Source: Bacteroidota bacterium (GTDB lineage Bacteria; Bacteroidota; Rhodothermia; JANXDC01). From it: DNA of 64,000 nt. Below, piece after piece: positions 58,337-64,000 of the stretch. Position 1 is the first letter of the stretch; each line of letters opens with the position of its first letter. The notes beneath the pieces were generated by a model, which worked only from the letters and a program-made list of their open reading frames with translations, was not told where the DNA came from and ran no database searches. The translations under genes and the position numbers were made by a program. The stretch lies in NCBI GenBank assembly GCA_025998875.1, contig AP024675.1:629589-693588 (forward strand), in the 5' to 3' direction.

Positions 58337-61225
58337 ATGGCCAAATCCTGGATAGAGCGCGCCGCCGAAGCTCTGCGCCTGATCCCCCGAATCGACTCCA
58401 ACGGAAGTACCCCCCTGCCCCGACTTGAGCCCGGTTCGGGGTTGCGTTCCTACCCCCCGAGGGAGCGCTGGAATCACTGGGAAGAATATGACCCTCGGGC
58501 CTGGCCCCGGAAGCGCAAACGGGCCTACATGCTTGTGCCCACCATCTGTTTTAACTGCGAAGCCGGATGCGGCCTGTTGGCCTATATTGACAAGGAAACC
58601 GGACAGGTGCGCAAACTGGAGGGCAATCCCTACCACCCCGGTTCGCGCGGCCGTAACTGCGCAAAAGGGCCGGCTACGATCAACCAACTCACCGATCCGG
58701 ATCGTATCCTCTATCCTCTGCGCCGCAAAGGCGAGCGAGGATCCGGTCAATGGGAGCGCGTATCCTGGGAAGAAGCCCTGGAGGATATCGCCGCCCGGAT
58801 CCGCCGCGCGCTCGAAGAGGGACGCAACAACGAAATCGTCTACCATGTGGGCCGACCGGGCCACGAGGGATACATGGAACGCGTGCTGGGGGCCTGGAAC
58901 GTAGACGGACATAACAGCCATACGAACATCTGCTCTTCCGGGGCCCGCTTTGGATACGCCATCTGGCAGGGATACGATCGGCCCTCCCCGGATCACGCCA
59001 ATGCCCGCTTTATCCTGCTGCTGAGTTCCCATCTGGAGACGGGCCATTACTTCAACCCCCACGCCCAGCGCATCATCGAGGGCATGATGCGCGGAGCCAA
59101 GCTGGCGGTTATGGACCCCCGGCTCTCGAACACAGCCAGTATGGCCGACTACTGGCTGCCGACCTATCCGGGCTCCGAAGCCGCTGTACTGCTGGCCATG
59201 GCGCGCATCCTGCTCCTGGAGGGTCGATACGATCGGGAATTCCTGGAGCACTGGGTCAACTGGCACGATTACCTCAACGCCCGACATCCCCAGCGACCGC
59301 GCACCTTCGAGGCCTTCATCGAAGCGCTCCTGGAAGAATATGCCCTCTTCACCCCGGAATTCGCCGCCCGGGAGGCCCAGATCGATCCTGAGCTCATCAT
59401 CGCCGTAGCCCGGGAGATCGGCGAGGCCGGATCCCGCTTTGCCACCCACAACTGGCGCTCGGCCTCCAGCGGCAACCTGGGTGGCTGGACTGTGGCGCGC
59501 GCGCTGCATTTTCTCAACGTCCTTACCGGATCGGTCGGCACCTATGGTGGCACCAGCCCGAGCGCCTGGAACAAGTTCAAGCCCATCGTGCCGCATGCCC
59601 CGCCGGCCACCCGATTCTGGAACGAGCTCCATTTCCCCCTGGAGTATCCGCTGGCCCACTACGAGATGAGCTTCCTACTGCCACACTTCCTCAAGGAGGG
59701 GCGCGGCCGGCTGGAGGTTTACTTTACGCGCGTCTTCAATCCCGTATGGACGTATCCGGACGGCTTTTCCTGGATCGAGGTGTTGCGGGATGAATCCAAA
59801 ATCGGCCTGCATGTAGCCCTGACCCCCACGTGGAACGAGACGGCCTACTGGGCCGACTACGTCCTGCCCATGGGACATGCCTCCGAACGACACGATATCG
59901 TCAGCTACGAAACCCATTCCGGCATCTGGATAGGCTTTCGCCAGCCCGTACTGCGCGAAGCGCTTCGCCGGCAGGGCAAACCGGTCCGCTTCACCTACGA
60001 AGCCAACCCCGGAGAAGTCTGGGAAGAGGACGAATTCTGGATTGAGCTCTCCTGGCGTATCGATCCCGAAGGCCGTCTGGGCATCCGGAAGCACTTCGAA
60101 TCCCCCTATCGTGCCGGGGAGAAGATGACTATTGAAGAATACTACCAGTACGTCTTCGAGCACGTGCCCGGCCTTCCGGAAGCGGCCGCCCGGGAAGGGC
60201 TTACCCCCCTGGAATACATGCGCCGCTACGGAGCCTTCGAGGTGAAAAAGCACGTCTACGAGAAACACCTCGATCCGGTGCCCGAAGAGCTGGCCCGCCA
60301 GGCGGAAATCGATCCGGAAACCCATATCGCCTACGTACATACGGACAGCGGGGAGCGACAGGCCATCGGGGTATACTACCAGGGCCAGATCCGCACGGGA
60401 TTTCCTACCCCCACGCGCAAACAGGAGTTCTACTCGCAGACCATGGTCGACTGGGGATGGCCAGAATACGCCATCCCGACCTATATCAAAAGTCATGTGC
60501 ATCCGGAACGGATTAACCGGGACAACAACGAGTTCGTCCTGGTGCCCACGTTCCGTTTGCCCACACTCATCCACACCCGCAGCGGTAACGCCAAGTACCT
60601 GGTGGAGATCTCCAACCGAAACCCGATCTGGATACACACCCGCGATGCGGAGCGCATCGGGGTGAAAACGGGAGACCTGGTGCGAGTCACCACGGAGATC
60701 GGCTACTTCGTCGATCGCGTCTGGGTCACGGAGGCGATTAAACCCGGCGTGGTGGCCTGCTCGCACCATATCGGGCGCTGGCGACGGGAACAGGATCCGC
60801 CGGGCAACCGATGGGCCACCAGCACCGTGCGGATCGAGGAAATCGCGCCCGGTCAGTGGCGCATGCAACAGGTCCGGGGGGTGGAGCCGTTTGTCAGTTC
60901 CGACCCCGACTCCAGGCGCATCTTCTGGCGGGATGGCGGAGTGCATCAGAACATCACGCACCCCGTACACCCGGATCCCATTTCGGGCATGCACTGTTGG
61001 CACCAGTGGTGCCGCATCGAGAAGGCCAGACCGGAGGACCGCTACGGAGACGTGTTCGTGGACACGAACAAATCTTTTGCCGTCTACCGGCAGTGGCTGG
61101 CCATGACGCGCCCGGGTCCGGGTCCCGGAGGACTGCGCCGGCCCCTGTGGCTGAACCGGCCGTTTCGGCCCGCCCCAGAGACCTTCTATGTAACCTCAGA
61201 GGCGCAATCACCGCCAGAGAGCTGA
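58337..61225 (+). CDS. Molybdopterin (bis-MGD) oxidoreductase catalytic subunit, Psr/Phs/Arr-like, no Tat signal
   Basis: CFNCEAGC-x29-CAKG FS0 motif, DPDRILYPL, SWEEAL, HNSHTNIC, DPRLS, ADYVLP, C-terminal MGD-binding domain; AAGGAGG SD before ATG 58337. Confidence 0.9.
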   Translation: MAKSWIERAAEALRLIPRIDSNGSTPLPRLEPGSGLRSYPPRERWNHWEEYDPRAWPRKRKRAYMLVPTICFNCEAGCGLLAYIDKETGQVRKLEGNPYHPGSRGRNCAKGPATINQLTDPDRILYPLRRKGERGSGQWERVSWEEALEDIAARIRRALEEGRNNEIVYHVGRPGHEGYMERVLGAWNVDGHNSHTNICSSGARFGYAIWQGYDRPSPDHANARFILLLSSHLETGHYFNPHAQRIIEGMMRGAKLAVMDPRLSNTASMADYWLPTYPGSEAAVLLAMARILLLEGRYDREFLEHWVNWHDYLNARHPQRPRTFEAFIEALLEEYALFTPEFAAREAQIDPELIIAVAREIGEAGSRFATHNWRSASSGNLGGWTVARALHFLNVLTGSVGTYGGTSPSAWNKFKPIVPHAPPATRFWNELHFPLEYPLAHYEMSFLLPHFLKEGRGRLEVYFTRVFNPVWTYPDGFSWIEVLRDESKIGLHVALTPTWNETAYWADYVLPMGHASERHDIVSYETHSGIWIGFRQPVLREALRRQGKPVRFTYEANPGEVWEEDEFWIELSWRIDPEGRLGIRKHFESPYRAGEKMTIEEYYQYVFEHVPGLPEAAAREGLTPLEYMRRYGAFEVKKHVYEKHLDPVPEELARQAEIDPETHIAYVHTDSGERQAIGVYYQGQIRTGFPTPTRKQEFYSQTMVDWGWPEYAIPTYIKSHVHPERINRDNNEFVLVPTFRLPTLIHTRSGNAKYLVEISNRNPIWIHTRDAERIGVKTGDLVRVTTEIGYFVDRVWVTEAIKPGVVACSHHIGRWRREQDPPGNRWATSTVRIEEIAPGQWRMQQVRGVEPFVSSDPDSRRIFWRDGGVHQNITHPVHPDPISGMHCWHQWCRIEKARPEDRYGDVFVDTNKSFAVYRQWLAMTRPGPGPGGLRRPLWLNRPFRPAPETFYVTSEAQSPPES

Positions 61226-61237
61226 GCGCTGGCCGCG

Positions 61238-63007
61238 ATGGGGCATCCCTCGGAAGACCGGATCCATCTGGCCCCGTTTCTGAAGGATCTGCGCGCTTAT
61301 ACGTGGGGCACGTTTCGGATGGACCTGCAGGCGGGCCTCACGGTGGCCGTCTTCGCTGTGCCGCAGGTCATGGCCTATGCTATCCTGGCTGGCCTTCCCC
61401 CTACCTACGGGCTCTATGCGGCTATCACAACCGCAGCCATAGCGGCCCTCTGGGGCAGCTCCCCGTATGTGAACACGGGCCCCACGAACTCAGCCGCCCT
61501 CCTGACGGCAGGCGCGCTGGCCGCCTTCGCCGGCGATCCAGACTTCCTGGGGATCGTGTTCTTTTTTACCCTGCTGACAGGCCTCATCCGGATGGCTCTG
61601 GGCCTGCTGCGGCTGGGCAACCTGATCGATTTCGTACCCGAGTCGGCCTTTCTGGGCTTTACGATGGGCGCCGGCGTGCTCATCGGACTGGGCCAGTTCC
61701 ATCATCTGCTCGGCGTGGAGGCCTCCTCGAACGCGTGGTTCCCCGGGCGCATCTGGGATACGCTCGCCCGCTTTCCGGAAGCCAATCCGTATGCCCTCTC
61801 CATCGGCCTGGGAACAGCCGTTCTGCTTCTCGCCCTGGAACGCTACAACCGGTACTTTCCCGTTGCCCTTGGGGTCATCGGGCTGGGCACGCTGGGAGCC
61901 TGGCTGTGGGCTGAGGGGAAGCTGACCCTGGTGCGGGACGTCAGCCCCATACCGCGACAGCTCCCCCATTGGGAACTGCCCGCACTCCGATTCGATCTGC
62001 TCGACGAGCTCCTGCCTGGCGCGATGGCCGTGGCCCTTCTGGGCTTGATCGAGGCGGTTTCCATCGGCCAGACGCTTGCGCTCAAGCGCGGAGAGCGACT
62101 CAACTTCAATCAGGAATTTTTCGGCCAGGGCCTGAGCCATGTGGTAGCCGCTTTCTTTCAGGGCATTCCGGGTTCGGGCTCCTTTAGCCGTTCGGCCCTC
62201 ATCGAGCAAGCCGGAGGACAGACCCGCTTTGCCAATGTGGCCTATGCGGCCTGGATCGCTCTGGCTGTGCTCACGATAGCCCCCCTGCTGGAACGCATCC
62301 CGATCGCCTCGCTGGCTGGCTTATTGCTCTACATCGGTTATCGGCTCATCGACCTGCGTCGGCTCAAGCAGACATGGGCCATCTCGCGCTCCGATACCCT
62401 GGTGCTCGGCATCACGTTTCTCGTCACCGTGGGCTATCGAATCGAACTGGGCATCTTCTCCGGACTCCTTGTCGCCCTGATCATGTTTCTACGCCGGGCC
62501 CGTATCCTGCACCTGTTTGAGCTGCTCCCCCAGCAGGGGGGATCGTTCGCAGAGGTATCCTACCTGCCCGATCGAACCCACGAGCCCAGCGGACTGGTGG
62601 CCCTGGGCGTCTATGGGGACCTGTTTTTCGCCGTCGCCCAGGAATTGCGCACGCAACTACAGCAGATCGTGGAACTGCAGAAGCCACGCGTGATCGTGCT
62701 GCGCACCCGAGGCGCCCGCTCGATCGATTACTCCTGCTGGAACGCGCTCTTCGAGTTCGCTACATACTTCCACCGCCGAGGGGGCCGGCTTGTGCTTGTG
62801 GGCCTGCGGGAAGACTATTGGCGCATCATCCGGGATGCCGGCATGGATTCCGTACTACCCCCGCAACAGCTCTACCCAGCAGGCCATTCCCTGCTGGCCT
62901 CCTTTCAAGGCGCGCTGCGGGACTGGTTGCCCCGCGTCGATGCGGAGACGCTTTCCCCCGCCTGGCGGGCCTATCGGGATGCGCTCGTGGCCTCGACGAC
63001 CTCTTGA
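61238..63007 (+). CDS. SulP/SLC26 anion transporter with STAS domain
   Basis: DLQAGLTVAVFAVPQVMAYA..AGLPP.YGLY, GPT, NQEFFGQG, GSFSRS, C-terminal STAS (GDLFF, SIDYS). Confidence 0.93.
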   Translation: MGHPSEDRIHLAPFLKDLRAYTWGTFRMDLQAGLTVAVFAVPQVMAYAILAGLPPTYGLYAAITTAAIAALWGSSPYVNTGPTNSAALLTAGALAAFAGDPDFLGIVFFFTLLTGLIRMALGLLRLGNLIDFVPESAFLGFTMGAGVLIGLGQFHHLLGVEASSNAWFPGRIWDTLARFPEANPYALSIGLGTAVLLLALERYNRYFPVALGVIGLGTLGAWLWAEGKLTLVRDVSPIPRQLPHWELPALRFDLLDELLPGAMAVALLGLIEAVSIGQTLALKRGERLNFNQEFFGQGLSHVVAAFFQGIPGSGSFSRSALIEQAGGQTRFANVAYAAWIALAVLTIAPLLERIPIASLAGLLLYIGYRLIDLRRLKQTWAISRSDTLVLGITFLVTVGYRIELGIFSGLLVALIMFLRRARILHLFELLPQQGGSFAEVSYLPDRTHEPSGLVALGVYGDLFFAVAQELRTQLQQIVELQKPRVIVLRTRGARSIDYSCWNALFEFATYFHRRGGRLVLVGLREDYWRIIRDAGMDSVLPPQQLYPAGHSLLASFQGALRDWLPRVDAETLSPAWRAYRDALVASTTS

Positions 63008-63585
63008 GCGCAGGGGCGCGTGCGCTCCAGCATCCGGAAGACGGCTTCCCGGGTCTGGCCCACCATACCTTCGAGGGAAGCCACATACCCCATGCGCCAG
63101 AACCAGAACGCATGCTGGATCATACCCACGATCCAGGCGGTGGCCAGCTCCGGATCGACGGGACGAAATGCTCCCTGATGGATGCCCTCCCGGATCACGG
63201 CAACGAAATACGTCTTGGGCAGCACAACCGCCGGGGGTGGATTCCAGATGACCGGATGACGGTGCAGCTGCTGGAGATAGGCAAAAGCCTCTGGCTCCTG
63301 TAAGGCGAATTCGAACATGCCCACCAGGAGCGCGCCCAACCGGCTACGGGGTCCCTCCCGGCCGGCGAGCGCGTTCTGAAGCGCGGTGCCCATGCGTTCG
63401 GCGCAGGCCTCGAACAGCTTGCGGGCCAGATCCGTTTTGCTGGCGAAATGACGATACAGATTCCCCTCGGCCGTGCCCGCCAGGCGGGCGATTTCCCGCG
63501 TGCTCGTGCCCTCATAGCCTTTCTCGACGAAAAGCCGCAGGGCAGCTTTCCGGATTTCGGCTTCCTTCCGAGCGGAACGCGCCAT
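62971..63585 (-). CDS. TetR/AcrR family transcriptional regulator
   Basis: AALRLFVEKGYEGTSTREIARLAGTAEGNLYRHFASK; ATG 63585. Confidence 0.93.
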   Translation of the reverse strand: MARSARKEAEIRKAALRLFVEKGYEGTSTREIARLAGTAEGNLYRHFASKTDLARKLFEACAERMGTALQNALAGREGPRSRLGALLVGMFEFALQEPEAFAYLQQLHRHPVIWNPPPAVVLPKTYFVAVIREGIHQGAFRPVDPELATAWIVGMIQHAFWFWRMGYVASLEGMVGQTREAVFRMLERTRPCAQEVVEATSASR

Positions 63586-63587
63586 TT

Positions 63588-64000
63588 TCAGAAATCCCTC
63601 CGCATAAACCGCCACTGGGCCCATCCCAGGGGTCCGACAGCCCACAACAGCAGCACCCCCAGCGCGATCAGCTGGCCGAGCACCCCTCCCAGCAGGCGTT
63701 CATAGAGTGCCCCCGTATAACCCATCAGGAGCGCGGCCTCCAGGCGCATCGTCAACAGAATGCGCGCCAGGTCCAGAGGATTGAAAAACGTCAGCACGAA
63801 AGCGGGACGCTCTACCGGGTAATCGCGCAGCAGCAGGAGCAACAAGAGCAACAGGGCGTCGTAGAGCACGGCCGTGAAAAACCAGAAAACCATCCCTATC
63901 CCAAAGGCCCGTGTCCGATCTTCCCGTGTCACCGCCAGCCCAAAACCGATCCCGTAGTAGATGACAATGAGCAAACTCCCCGTACCGACTAACCAGAGGC
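63588..64000 (-). CDS. ABC transporter permease, NosY-like (partial, starts beyond window)
   Basis: WFFTAVLYD, DYPVE, NPLDLARIL, AALLMGYTGA, F.RRDF C-terminus resembling Bacteroidota NosY. Confidence 0.7.
   Translation of the reverse strand, partial: LWLVGTGSLLIVIYYGIGFGLAVTREDRTRAFGIGMVFWFFTAVLYDALLLLLLLLLRDYPVERPAFVLTFFNPLDLARILLTMRLEAALLMGYTGALYERLLGGVLGQLIALGVLLLWAVGPLGWAQWRFMRRDF

Noticed and set aside
61223..61240. TGA readthrough or selenocysteine fusing the molybdoenzyme to SulP (in frame, 4 codons apart)
   Set aside because: In-frame spacing occurs one time in three by chance; the TGA follows a non-conserved tail rather than a catalytic position, and no SECIS-like hairpin is evident
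52315..64000. Sulfur locus as a tRNA-Glu-integrated genomic island
   Set aside because: No integrase or transposase, no duplicate of the tRNA 3' end seen in the window and no obvious compositional shift; cannot be excluded beyond the window edge

Overview
A 64 kb, GC-rich, densely coding chromosomal window from a bacterium of the Bacteroidota/Rhodothermota/Chlorobiota group. The pheT-hyp-zapA-rny gene order, DUF3098 and type II IPP isomerase suggest a Rhodothermia-like, probably thermophilic organism; this taxonomy is inferred. Positions 1-52400 are mostly housekeeping: thrS-infC-rpmI-rplT-pheS-pheT-zapA-rny-folD, tkt, recF, lrp-glnA, cdd-tyrA, mnmE, ddl, bioY, fni, adk, amidase-udk, birA-coaX, iscS, murA and three tRNAs (Phe, Asp, Glu). 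This part also holds a sigma-less RsbU-RsbV-RsbW-RsbU partner-switching module, a repeat-containing coiled-coil PD-(D/E)XK-like gene, a metalloprotease/beta-propeller/beta-barrel protein and a structured intergenic RNA candidate upstream of adk. The most striking part is 52435-63007, just after tRNA-Glu: a divergent sulfur-handling locus. One arm is DUF442-like sulfurtransferase, rhodanese and protein-disulfide oxidoreductase. The other is a CstR-like repressor, rhodanese-persulfide dioxygenase, TusA, DsrE2, a fused 4x[4Fe-4S]-NrfD protein, a Tat-less Psr/Phs-like molybdoenzyme and a SulP transporter, with a CsoR/CstR-type operator over a clear sigma70 promoter. A TetR gene and a partial NosY-like permease follow. 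No CRISPR array, integrase or transposase was seen. Many starts were adjusted from the ORF track using SD sites and the expected N-termini of the recognised families.
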